From IMG/VR virus record IMGVR_UViG_3300017788_000059, positions 1 through 42,434 of that record: a stretch of 42,434 bases of DNA. One strand, 5' to 3'. The notes beneath the pieces were generated by a model that was given only the letters and a program-made list of their open reading frames with translations, had not been told where the DNA came from and did no database searches. Position numbers and translations under genes: made by a program. Of this stretch, positions 1-9,203 are shown piece after piece (position 1 is the first letter of the stretch; every line of letters begins with the position of its first letter). This DNA is from a virus. Taxonomy: Duplodnaviria; Caudoviricetes.

Positions 1-895
1 AGAAACACCAACTAACACACCTTCAATGACAGAAACACCAACAGAAACGCCAACAGAAACGCCAACAGAAACGCCAACAGAAACGCCAACAGAAACGCCA
101 ACAGAAACTCCAACAGAAACGCCAACAGAAACACCAACAGAAACTCCAACTGAAACACCAACAGAAACGCCAACAGAAACTCCAACACAAACGCCAACAC
201 CACCCGCCGCAATTAATTTGACGGTCCATTTCGACATTAGTAATTCATCATCATATCCTGGTAGTGGAAATCTAATAACCGACCTTTCTGGTAATGGAAA
301 CACAGGAACATTAAATGGTGATTATTCATATTCAGCACTGAATAGTGGAACAATGTCCATGGGTGGAACAAACAGTTATGTAAACGTTCCTCAAAGTGCT
401 TCGATTAATATTTCAAATACATCCACACCTGTATCCGTAGTTATGTGGATTAATATTGACGCAGGTTATGCAAATGGAGATGGTATTTGGTATAAAAACT
501 TTGATGCTGGTTCATATGACGGATATAGATTAATTGCTCAAAGTAGTAATCGAGTAAAACTTGGTATTAATGGTCAAAGCTTCGATTATAACATTTTTAG
601 TGCTATTAACGCAATTGCAACAGGAACTTGGATGATGCTAACAACAATTACTCAAGCTGGAACATCTTACGTTTATAGAGATGATAATTCCACACCGATA
701 GTGCAAGGTACAACTAATGCACAAAACATACCTTTTAACACTGCGAATCTTCAACTTTGTGTTGGTGAATTCAATACTCTTGGAGGATACTTACCTTGTA
801 GGTGGGGACAATTTAGATATTATAAAAATAAATCACTTACAACCGCAGAAATATTGGCATTATTTAATGCAGACAAAGCTAAGTACGGATTATAA
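1..895 (+). CDS. Thr/Pro-repeat (mucin-like) protein with C-terminal LamG/concanavalin-A-like domain; 5'-truncated, probable virion decoration or fibre protein
   Basis: Frame is open from base 2 (ETPTNTPSM...), so the ATG at 26 is probably internal. TETP repeats precede a phage LamG-like signature ([28 protein letters not shown] ... WMMLT ... YNKSL-like [24 protein letters not shown]). Confidence 0.8.
   Translation, partial: ETPTNTPSMTETPTETPTETPTETPTETPTETPTETPTETPTETPTETPTETPTETPTETPTQTPTPPAAINLTVHFDISNSSSYPGSGNLITDLSGNGNTGTLNGDYSYSALNSGTMSMGGTNSYVNVPQSASINISNTSTPVSVVMWINIDAGYANGDGIWYKNFDAGSYDGYRLIAQSSNRVKLGINGQSFDYNIFSAINAIATGTWMMLTTITQAGTSYVYRDDNSTPIVQGTTNAQNIPFNTANLQLCVGEFNTLGGYLPCRWGQFRYYKNKSLTTAEILALFNADKAKYGL
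29..196 (+). repeat. Coding tandem repeat, 12-bp unit ACAGAAACNCCA (13 x TETP + 1 x TQTP)
   Basis: Counted directly. Variation is almost all at synonymous third positions. Confidence 0.95.
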
Positions 896-996
896 AACAA
901 TATTTATAAAGCAGCACAAATCAATCATATCAGGTCCCGATTCCATCTGTGATTGTGACGGAAACCAAGTATAATCTTTTTTAATATTTTTTATTG

Positions 997-1030
997 AACC
1001 CTCCACTTATCAGGAGGGTTTTTTATTTTT
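997..1030 (+). terminator. Intrinsic terminator-like hairpin
   Basis: AACCCTCC-acttatca-GGAGGGTT followed by a T tract. Confidence 0.7.
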
Positions 1031-1048
1031 AAGACAAAATATTATCTG

Positions 1049-2314
1049 ATGAAAATTTTTGTACAAGTAGCTTCTTACAGGGATCCTCAGTTGATCCCAA
1101 CAATAAAAGATATGCTAAACAACGCTAAAAGACCTAAAAATTTAGTGATTGGTATTGCAAGACAATTCCACGAGGGTGATGGATTTGATAATTTAGATGA
1201 ATTCAGAAAAGATAAAAGATTCAAAATATTAGATATACCCTATAGTGAAGCTCAGGGTGTATGTTGGGCCAGACATTTGGTCCAACAACTTTATGATGGA
1301 GAATCATACACGTTACAAATTGATTCTCACATGAGATTTGTTAAAGATTGGGATGATATCCTAATCAAGATGATAAAGGGTCTTCAAAAGGATGGGTATA
1401 GTAAACCTCTACTTACGGGTTATGTACCTTCCTTTGACCCTGACAACGACCCGGCAGGAAGAGCTCAAGACGCTTGGAGAATGGCCTTTGACAGATTCAT
1501 ACCAGAGGGAGCGGTGTTCTTCTTACCTGAAACTATACCAGGTTGGAGAGAAATGTCCAAGCCTGTAACCGCAAGATTCTATTCTGCTCACTTTTGTTTC
1601 ACTTTGGGTCAGTTTGTAAAAGAGGTACAACACAACCCTGAATATTATTTTCATGGTGAGGAAATATCAATTGCTGCTAGAGCTTATACTTGGGGTTATG
1701 ACTTATTCCACCCTCATATTCCAGTGATATACCACGAGTATACCCGTAAGGGAAGAACCAAACAGTGGGATGATGATAAAGAGTGGGTCAAAAGAAATCA
1801 AAAAAGCCACCTTGCTAATAGAAAATTATTCGGAATGGATGGTTTGGATCAGGAAGGGCACGATGGACCATTCGGATTTGGACCTGTTAGGACTTTGAGA
1901 CAATATGAAAAATATGCCGGGATATTATTCGAGAAAAGAGCAGTCCAAAGATATACTTTAGATAAAAATTATCCACCTAATCCATACAATTATGAAAATG
2001 AAGAGGCGTGGAAAAAAGACTTTGCTTCTGTATACAAACATTGTATTGATGTTGCTTATGATAAAGTGCCTGAAAAAGACTATGATTTTTGGGTCGTCGC
2101 TTTTCATGGCCCAAATGACACTACATTATTCAGAAAAGATTCAGATAAAAATGAGATTGCCGGTTATTTCAGAGACCCTGATAAGTATTGTAAAATTTGG
2201 AGAGAGTTTCAAACAGATGTTATGCCGACATATTGGGTTGTGTGGCCACACTCTGAGTCCAAGGGTTGGTGTGAAAGAATAACAGGACAACTAAGTCACA
2301 ACCACGTAAGTTAA
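1049..2314 (+). CDS. Glycosyltransferase, GT60/PF11397 'GlcNAc'-like (polypeptide/Skp1 alpha-GlcNAc transferase family)
   Basis: Motifs IFVQVASYRDPQL, QIDSHMRF..DWD (DxH) and YFHGEEISIAARAYTWGYDLFHP. Confidence 0.8.
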   Translation: MKIFVQVASYRDPQLIPTIKDMLNNAKRPKNLVIGIARQFHEGDGFDNLDEFRKDKRFKILDIPYSEAQGVCWARHLVQQLYDGESYTLQIDSHMRFVKDWDDILIKMIKGLQKDGYSKPLLTGYVPSFDPDNDPAGRAQDAWRMAFDRFIPEGAVFFLPETIPGWREMSKPVTARFYSAHFCFTLGQFVKEVQHNPEYYFHGEEISIAARAYTWGYDLFHPHIPVIYHEYTRKGRTKQWDDDKEWVKRNQKSHLANRKLFGMDGLDQEGHDGPFGFGPVRTLRQYEKYAGILFEKRAVQRYTLDKNYPPNPYNYENEEAWKKDFASVYKHCIDVAYDKVPEKDYDFWVVAFHGPNDTTLFRKDSDKNEIAGYFRDPDKYCKIWREFQTDVMPTYWVVWPHSESKGWCERITGQLSHNHVS

Positions 2315-3057
2315 TGAAATTTAGTAATATTCCGAAGTTTGTTGTAAATCTCAGTCACAGAACAGAGAATATGACTCTCATTTCTGAAGAAATGAAATAT
2401 ATTGGATGGGACTTTGAAAGATTTGAAGCAATCAACAAAAACAGCTACATGGGTTGCACCCTGTCACATTTGGAAATAATTAAATTGGCTAAAGATCGTG
2501 GTTATAGTAGAGTGATGGTAGTTGAAGACGATTGTATTTTTATGCCTTACGCAAAATCTTTTTTAGAAAAATTAGAAAATCAGATTCAAGAAATAGAATT
2601 TTCTATTTTCAACTTCACTCCAACTTTGAATAGGAAAGTTAATATAAGTGAAAAATATAGTTTACTCTTAGACATTACAAAATTACCTCCCAAAGAAAAC
2701 CAAAATAATACAGAAATATTTGCAACAAATATGATGATCTACGATCAATCGATCTACGATATAATGTTTGACATTTCCACCACAGGATTTACAAGCGGGG
2801 ATTACTATTTTCCAATCGATGGATACTTGGCAAATTTCATTTATCCAAAGTTTCAGAGTTATTGTCCTGTTGTTCCTATAGCACCTCAGAGAAGGTCCTA
2901 TTCAGATGTTTCTCATGGTGTTTATAACAATTACTACACTCAAGTTTACAATTGGAATGTATACTCACCAGTGAAAATCGATGGGTCATATAACAATCAG
3001 GAAGTCACAGAAAAAATAAAACAAACACAAAATCATATAGAATACAATGTCAGTTAA
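2314..3057 (+). CDS. Glycosyltransferase family 25-like
   Basis: VVNLSHR, FEAI, GCTLSHL, VMVVEDD, PID; TAATG stop/start overlap with the upstream gene. Confidence 0.75.
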   Translation: MKFSNIPKFVVNLSHRTENMTLISEEMKYIGWDFERFEAINKNSYMGCTLSHLEIIKLAKDRGYSRVMVVEDDCIFMPYAKSFLEKLENQIQEIEFSIFNFTPTLNRKVNISEKYSLLLDITKLPPKENQNNTEIFATNMMIYDQSIYDIMFDISTTGFTSGDYYFPIDGYLANFIYPKFQSYCPVVPIAPQRRSYSDVSHGVYNNYYTQVYNWNVYSPVKIDGSYNNQEVTEKIKQTQNHIEYNVS

Positions 3058-3931
3058 ATTCATTACCGCAATTTATGGCAGGTTACACGGCACCGACTTA
3101 GGTGGTAGACATGCTAGAGGAGGTCATTATAAATTTAGTTTACTATCACTGCTGAAAATGACTGAAGCGGATTTTTTATGTTATACCACTGAGGATGAAA
3201 AATTCGAACTTGAATTATTTTTTTACGACGAACACAAAATATCAAAAGAAAAACTAAAGTTTGAAGTTTTTGATTTATACAATACAAAATTCAAAGATTT
3301 AATATCCAAGAAAAAAAATATTGAACAAACTAAAAGGTCTGACAGATGCATCGAAGTTCAATACTCAAAGTTCCATTGGTGGTGGAATGAAGATAAAAGT
3401 TATGACTACTATTATTGGATAGATGCAGGTTTATCTCACTGTGGTTTGATACCATTAAAATATCTTTCCGATAGTGGAATACAAAGAAGATATTATGAGT
3501 CCACACTTTTCCAAAACAATTTTTTAAAAAACCTGATTGAATTTACTGAAGACAAAATCTTCATGATTGGTAAGGAAAATGATATAAATTTTTGGTCGGG
3601 TACGGTTAACCGGAAATATTATTATGAGTTCGATAGATCTATTCACATAATTGGAGGACTTTTTGGGGGTAGAAAGGAAAATTGGGATTGGTTGGTAACA
3701 ACTTTTGAAGACTACTTGGAAAAGATACTTACTGACTCTGAGGAGGGATTACCGATGGAGGAACAGATAATGACTTTGATGTGGTTCAATTACCAACAAA
3801 AGTTTGCACGCAAACATTTTGATATATGGTGGTGCAAAGACAACTGTCCTCCCGGCACGGATCCTGAATTATTTGAAAGAAACAAAAGTTTTTATAAAAT
3901 ATTATTAGAATTAAATAATATAAATGAGTAA
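3047..3931 (+). CDS. HtrL/YibB-like putative glycosyltransferase
   Basis: FITAIY, YSKF, YYWIDAGL, IIGGLFGG, MEEQIM; overlaps both neighbours. Confidence 0.6.
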   Translation: MSVKFITAIYGRLHGTDLGGRHARGGHYKFSLLSLLKMTEADFLCYTTEDEKFELELFFYDEHKISKEKLKFEVFDLYNTKFKDLISKKKNIEQTKRSDRCIEVQYSKFHWWWNEDKSYDYYYWIDAGLSHCGLIPLKYLSDSGIQRRYYESTLFQNNFLKNLIEFTEDKIFMIGKENDINFWSGTVNRKYYYEFDRSIHIIGGLFGGRKENWDWLVTTFEDYLEKILTDSEEGLPMEEQIMTLMWFNYQQKFARKHFDIWWCKDNCPPGTDPELFERNKSFYKILLELNNINE

Positions 3932-5606
3932 CATTACAATTGTAACCGGTATATGGGATATCGGTAGAGATGGTTTGACTGAAGGATGGTCAAGATCTTA
4001 TCAACATTATCTTAATAAATTTGAATCTTTGTTACAATTAGATTGTAACATGATAATTTTTGGAGATGAAAGTCTTAAAGACTTTGTTAGTGGTAAAAGA
4101 CCCGATGAAAAGACACAATTTATCACAAGAGGACCTGAATGGTTCAAGAATAATGAGTTTTTCAATCGAATTCAAACAATTAGAAATAATCCGAATTGGC
4201 TGAACATGGCAGGTTGGTTGAGTCAATCAACTCAGGCGAGATTAGAATATTATAACCCGTTAGTAATGAGTAAAATGTTCTTATTACACGACGCAAAAAT
4301 AATGGACAGGTTCAATTCTAAATTTCTTTTTTGGTTAGACGGTGGAATCACAAATACCGTTCATCCTGGATATTTTACCCACGACAAAGTTTTAGACAAA
4401 TTTGAAAAATATATTTCTAAATTTTCTTTTATCTGTTTTCCATATGCGGCTGAAAATGAAATCCATGGATTCGAATATAAAAAACTAAATGAATTAGCAG
4501 GATCAAATGTAACCAAGGTAGCTAGAGGTGGTTTTTTTGGTGGTCCAAAAGATTCTATATCCGAGGTCAACGGAATATATTACAACTTATTGAACACCAC
4601 TCTAAGAGATGGTTTTATGGGTACGGAAGAATCCATTTTTAGTATAATGTGTTATAAAAATGCGGAATTGATAGACTATTTTGAAATAGAAAGTAACGGT
4701 TTACTCGGTAAATTTTTTGAGGATTTGAAAAACGATTCCTTGGTAGCTAAGACAGAATATAAGATTGGAGGAACTCCACGAAAACCCTTGGACCCGTCTA
4801 AAGTTGCTCTATATGTCATAAGTTTCAACAGTCCCAAACAATTTGAGACACTCATAAAATCAATGGAGGATTATGACAATAATTTTTTGACCAAACCTAA
4901 AAAGTTCTTGTTAAACAACTCGACAGATGATTCAACTTTTGGCAGATACAATGAATTGTGTGAAATGTATGGATTTGAACACATAGTCCCCGATGAAGGC
5001 AACTTAGGTATTTGTGGTGGAAGACAATTCATAGCAGAACATTTTGAAGACACGGGATTAGATTACATGCACTTTTTTGAAGATGATATGTTTTTTTATT
5101 CCAAATCAGGAAGTTGTAGAAATGGATTATCAAGATATTCCGAAAACTTTTACATAAAAACTTTAGAAATTGCACATAGAGAAGAGTTCGATTTCATGAA
5201 ACTAAATTATACGGAATTTTTTGGTGACAACGGAACTCAATGGGCTTGGTACAATGTACCTCAAGATGTTCGTGAAAAGTTTTGGCCGGGAAAAAATAGA
5301 TTACCTGAATTGGGATTAGACCCAAGTGCACCAAAAACAAGCTTCGATTTAGTTCTGTCACATAAGGGAATACCATATGGTGTTGGTGAAATTTACTATT
5401 GTAATTGGCCACAAATAGTTTCTAAAGAGGGTAATAAAAAAATGTTTTTGGAAACAAAATGGAACCGACCTTTTGAACAAACTTGGATGTCCTACATATA
5501 CCAAGAAATGAAAAAAGAAAGAATTTACGCAGGAATTCTACTCATGACTCCAACAGAACACAATAGATTTGAACATTACGAGAGGGGGCTACGTAAAGAA
5601 TCATAA
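3924..5606 (+). CDS. Two-domain glycosyltransferase: HtrL/YibB-like N-terminus + GT-A (GT2-like) C-terminus
   Basis: N-terminal IVTGIWDIGR, MSKMFLL, FWLDGGI, RGGFFGG, TEESIF; C-terminal LLNNSTD, NLGICGGRQ, FFEDDM. Confidence 0.65.
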   Translation: MSNITIVTGIWDIGRDGLTEGWSRSYQHYLNKFESLLQLDCNMIIFGDESLKDFVSGKRPDEKTQFITRGPEWFKNNEFFNRIQTIRNNPNWLNMAGWLSQSTQARLEYYNPLVMSKMFLLHDAKIMDRFNSKFLFWLDGGITNTVHPGYFTHDKVLDKFEKYISKFSFICFPYAAENEIHGFEYKKLNELAGSNVTKVARGGFFGGPKDSISEVNGIYYNLLNTTLRDGFMGTEESIFSIMCYKNAELIDYFEIESNGLLGKFFEDLKNDSLVAKTEYKIGGTPRKPLDPSKVALYVISFNSPKQFETLIKSMEDYDNNFLTKPKKFLLNNSTDDSTFGRYNELCEMYGFEHIVPDEGNLGICGGRQFIAEHFEDTGLDYMHFFEDDMFFYSKSGSCRNGLSRYSENFYIKTLEIAHREEFDFMKLNYTEFFGDNGTQWAWYNVPQDVREKFWPGKNRLPELGLDPSAPKTSFDLVLSHKGIPYGVGEIYYCNWPQIVSKEGNKKMFLETKWNRPFEQTWMSYIYQEMKKERIYAGILLMTPTEHNRFEHYERGLRKES

Positions 5607-5621
5607 CGTATATTTATTGTT

Positions 5622-6002
5622 ATGGAATTTTTCATCATGCAGAACGCCACTTTGCCTGTATTAAAAATGCAGATTGTCAAAGATGGTAGAAGTGATTACG
5701 TTGATTTTATGAATCTATTAGAGGTGTCGAATATTTTTTTCAGTATGGTAGACACATCGAATGGAATACCAAAAATAGTATCAGCACCCGCAAGTATTGT
5801 TGAAAAAACATTCGCAGAACCTGGAACACCAACTGAATACTATGTATACTTCCAATTTACTGCGATGCAAACAAACACTCCTGGTAGATACTTAGGTCAA
5901 TTCTTACTTAAAAGTGATGAAGGAAATTTAATCTTACCAATCAGAGAACAACTTTTCATCAACATACAACCAAGTTTCATCTCGTCCACGGCCTGTTGTT
6001 AG
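5622..6002 (+). CDS. Small phage structural protein, BppU N-terminal-like Ig fold
   Basis: MEFFIMQNATLPVLKMQ ... YFQFT..QTNTPGRYLGQF ... LILP pattern; TATTTAT motif 4 nt upstream. Confidence 0.45.
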   Translation: MEFFIMQNATLPVLKMQIVKDGRSDYVDFMNLLEVSNIFFSMVDTSNGIPKIVSAPASIVEKTFAEPGTPTEYYVYFQFTAMQTNTPGRYLGQFLLKSDEGNLILPIREQLFINIQPSFISSTACC

Positions 6003-6035
6003 TTTGACGATTGGATACAATTTTTTTATATTTAT
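6003..6035 (+). promoter_or_regulatory. Host-RNAP-type promoter upstream of DNA polymerase
   Basis: TTTGACGA...TATATTTA fits TTGACG-N17-TATATT and also Bacteroidota TTTG-N20-TAnnTTT(G); near-identical element at 37170. Confidence 0.6.
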
Positions 6036-6098
6036 TTTTACATGAGTAAGGTAAATTTCACGATAGTGTGAAAGCCAATAAACCACTCGTAAAAACAT

Positions 6099-8888
6099 AT
6101 GTTCACAAGCGAAGAAATCGAAGCATTCCTACACGGAAACGATGAAGAACAATTCATAGTAGCAATTGAGTTTGATTATGTATCAAATTCTATCTTCAAA
6201 ATCAAAGAAATACCTGGTAAAGGAAAAGAGATCAGAAAGGATAATTTTATTCCTTTTGCTTGGGTTGGTGATCTAAGAGATATAAATTTCTATAACAATT
6301 CTAAAATGGCTCAAAAAGAAGCCATGACCAAATACGGAATTGTCATCGATAAGTTAGCAACATTTGAAAATGAAAGATTGAAGAATGGAATGACCTATAT
6401 GGTCAAATCTCTAAAAGGTTATAGAGAATTGATTCAATTTTTCAGGGATGGTGGCTGTGACCCTTGGGGTGAAAGTACAAAAGATAAAATTACTGTTTTA
6501 CCACCAGTAGAACAATATTTGATAGCCAAAGAAAAACGATTGTTTAAAGGTTTCACAGATTATGACGATGTTACCCGTTTAGTATTTGACTTGGAGACCG
6601 ATGCTTTGGATCCCAAGGACGGTAGAATATTCATGATTGGTATAAAAACAAACAAGGGTTACCATAAGGTAATTGAATGTTTGGATGAATCCCAAGAAAA
6701 GGGAGCAATCTTAGAATTTTTAGATATAATAGATCAACTGAAACCAAGTATAATTGGAGGATATAATTCAGCAAACTTCGATTGGCACTGGATTTTTGAA
6801 AGAGCTCAGAGATTGGGGATTGATATGAGAAAGGCTGTTAAGTCGTTACATCCCCAACATTCTTATACAAGGAAAGAAACGATATTGAAGTTAGCCAATG
6901 AAGTCGAGGATTTTCTTCAGACATCTATTTGGGGTTATAATGTAATCGATATTATTCATGCGGTTCGAAGAGCTCAAGCGATAAATTCGAGTATCAAAGC
7001 TGCGGGTTTGAAATATATTACAACTTACATCGGTAAGGAAGCACCCGACCGTGTCTATATCGATCACACTAATATTGGTAAAATGTATAGTGCGAAGGAA
7101 GAGTATTGGTTGAATGTACAAAACGGTAAATATAAAAAGGCTTCCGAGTATGCGGATTTAGACATCAAGTTTCCTGGTGTCTATATCAAAACAACAGGAG
7201 ACAACTTAGTGGAAAGATATCTCGATGATGACTTAGAGGAAACTTTGACTGTAGATAAAGAATTTAATCAAGCTTCTTTTTTTCTCGCGTCAATGATCCC
7301 CACAACCTACGAAAGAGTTTCCACTATGGGAACCGCAACTTTATGGAAGATGTTGATGCTTGCTTGGTCATACAAACATGGACTTGCAATCCCCGCAAAA
7401 CAATCGAAGACAGACTTCGTAGGAGGTCTTTCCCGACTACTTAAAGTTGGGTATAGTAAGAATGTACTTAAGCTAGACTTCTCGTCTCTATACCCTTCTA
7501 TTCAGCTTGTACACGATGTTTTTCCTGATTGTGATGTTACCAATGCCATGAAAGGTATGTTAAAGTATTTCCGAGACACCCGTATAAAATACAAACAACT
7601 TGCAGAGGAATATTACACAATAGACCCTCAGTTGTCGGCTTCCTATTCCAACAAACAATTACCAATTAAAATATTCATCAACTCAATGTTCGGTGCATTA
7701 TCAGCCCCGCAAGTTTTTGCGTGGGGTGACATGTATATGGGAGAACAGATTACTTGTACAGGTCGTCAGTATCTTCGTCAGATGATTAAGTTTTTCATGA
7801 GTAAAGGTTATACACCACTTGTAATGGATACGGATGGTGTGAACTTTTCAAGCCCTGATGACCTCGACTCTCATAGATACATCGGTCGAGGATTGAATTG
7901 GAAGGTTAAGATAGGAAAAGAATACACCGGACCTGAAGCTGATGTTGCCGAATATAACGATATTTTTATGAGGGGGGAAATGGCTTTAGATACGGATGGC
8001 GTTTGGCCTTCATGTATAAATCTTGCCAGAAAAAATTACGCGGTGATGGACGCAAAAGGTAAGATAAAATTGACTGGCAATTCTATCAAATCAAAAAAAC
8101 TTCCATTGTATATTGAAGAATTTTTGGATAAAGGAATCAAGTTAATACTGAACGGTAATGGAAAAGAGTTTATCGAATATTATTATGAGTATCTACAAAA
8201 GATATTTGATCAAAAAATTCCCTTATCTAAAATCGCTCAAAGAGCTAAGGTAAAACTGACTCTCGACGAATATAAGAAAAGATTAACACAAAAAACAAAG
8301 GCGGGTAATAGTATGAGTCGGATGGCACACATGGAACTTGCCATTCAAAACAATTTGAGCGTCAACTTGGGTGATGTTATTATGTATGTGAACAACGGTA
8401 AGAAAGCTTCACAGGGAGATGTTCAAAAACTCACGACTAAACAAATAAAAGATACCAATCAATTAATAAAGTTAGAAAATCCTAATGCGGTTGAAATTGT
8501 TGATGGTGTTCAAGTGAATTGTTACATGTTGGATGCAAATATCTTGGAGACAAACCCCAACATGACAGGAGATTATAATGTACCGAGAGCGGTCGTAACC
8601 TTTAATAAAAGGATTGAGCCCCTACTTGTATGTTTCAAACAGGATGTAAGAGAAAGTTTAATTGTAACAGATCCGGCAGATAGGGGTGTTTTTACAACGG
8701 CTCAGTGTGAATTAATAAATGGTCTTCCGTTTGAAGAATCTGATCAGGACAAACTCCAAGAAGATGTTTTAGAAATAACTGAAGCTGAAATGTCTTATTG
8801 GGAAAAGAGAGGGTTGAATCCATACTATATGTATGAATTGGCCGAGAGTGACTGGGAAAGCAAACTAAGATTGCTTGAGTCCGTCTGA
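6099..8888 (+). CDS. polB: Family B DNA polymerase with 3'-5' exonuclease
   Basis: ExoI FDLETD, ExoII GYNSANFD, region A DFSSLYPS, region B KIFINSMFG, region C DTDG. Confidence 0.95.
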   Translation: MFTSEEIEAFLHGNDEEQFIVAIEFDYVSNSIFKIKEIPGKGKEIRKDNFIPFAWVGDLRDINFYNNSKMAQKEAMTKYGIVIDKLATFENERLKNGMTYMVKSLKGYRELIQFFRDGGCDPWGESTKDKITVLPPVEQYLIAKEKRLFKGFTDYDDVTRLVFDLETDALDPKDGRIFMIGIKTNKGYHKVIECLDESQEKGAILEFLDIIDQLKPSIIGGYNSANFDWHWIFERAQRLGIDMRKAVKSLHPQHSYTRKETILKLANEVEDFLQTSIWGYNVIDIIHAVRRAQAINSSIKAAGLKYITTYIGKEAPDRVYIDHTNIGKMYSAKEEYWLNVQNGKYKKASEYADLDIKFPGVYIKTTGDNLVERYLDDDLEETLTVDKEFNQASFFLASMIPTTYERVSTMGTATLWKMLMLAWSYKHGLAIPAKQSKTDFVGGLSRLLKVGYSKNVLKLDFSSLYPSIQLVHDVFPDCDVTNAMKGMLKYFRDTRIKYKQLAEEYYTIDPQLSASYSNKQLPIKIFINSMFGALSAPQVFAWGDMYMGEQITCTGRQYLRQMIKFFMSKGYTPLVMDTDGVNFSSPDDLDSHRYIGRGLNWKVKIGKEYTGPEADVAEYNDIFMRGEMALDTDGVWPSCINLARKNYAVMDAKGKIKLTGNSIKSKKLPLYIEEFLDKGIKLILNGNGKEFIEYYYEYLQKIFDQKIPLSKIAQRAKVKLTLDEYKKRLTQKTKAGNSMSRMAHMELAIQNNLSVNLGDVIMYVNNGKKASQGDVQKLTTKQIKDTNQLIKLENPNAVEIVDGVQVNCYMLDANILETNPNMTGDYNVPRAVVTFNKRIEPLLVCFKQDVRESLIVTDPADRGVFTTAQCELINGLPFEESDQDKLQEDVLEITEAEMSYWEKRGLNPYYMYELAESDWESKLRLLESV

Positions 8889-9203
8889 TGAAAGAATATA
8901 CCAATTGTTGTTACAAAATCGGAACTCAATACAAGCTCCACGATCACAAGTAATCTCATCGAATTCCTCATCTATTTTACCGAGATCAGGTAGAATTATT
9001 AAATGAGTCATGGCTTTTATTACTACGTGGTCAGTTGTTCTACTTTGTAATTTCACCGTTGTGGATTTGTTTCCTCTTACTATGATGCAATCTTCACCAG
9101 CTGTAACGTAGACTTCTTCGTTGTTTACAATTGAAACTTCGGATGTTTCAATAACTTTTCCATTAATCAATCTTTGAGATGGTATTGTTTTTATAATTGA
9201 CAT
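8865..9203 (-). CDS. Small beta-rich hypothetical (probably structural) protein, 112 aa
   Basis: Start more likely the ATG at 9203 (TAATG overlap with the neck gene stop) than 9317; 24-nt convergent overlap with polB. Confidence 0.6.
   Translation of the reverse strand: MSIIKTIPSQRLINGKVIETSEVSIVNNEEVYVTAGEDCIIVRGNKSTTVKLQSRTTDHVVIKAMTHLIILPDLGKIDEEFDEITCDRGACIEFRFCNNNWYILSSDGLKQS

Noticed and set aside
29-196. Possible CRISPR array or origin iterons
   Set aside because: No spacers; in-frame coding repeat with synonymous variation
12-229. Two minus-strand ORFs (Leu/Phe-rich and Cys/Trp-rich)
   Set aside because: Antisense shadows of the 12-bp TETP repeat
6048-6085. c-di-GMP-I (GEMM) riboswitch resemblance (GGTAAA...stem...AAACC)
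   Set aside because: The second hairpin and GACGCAAAGC core are missing; kept only as a generic structured leader
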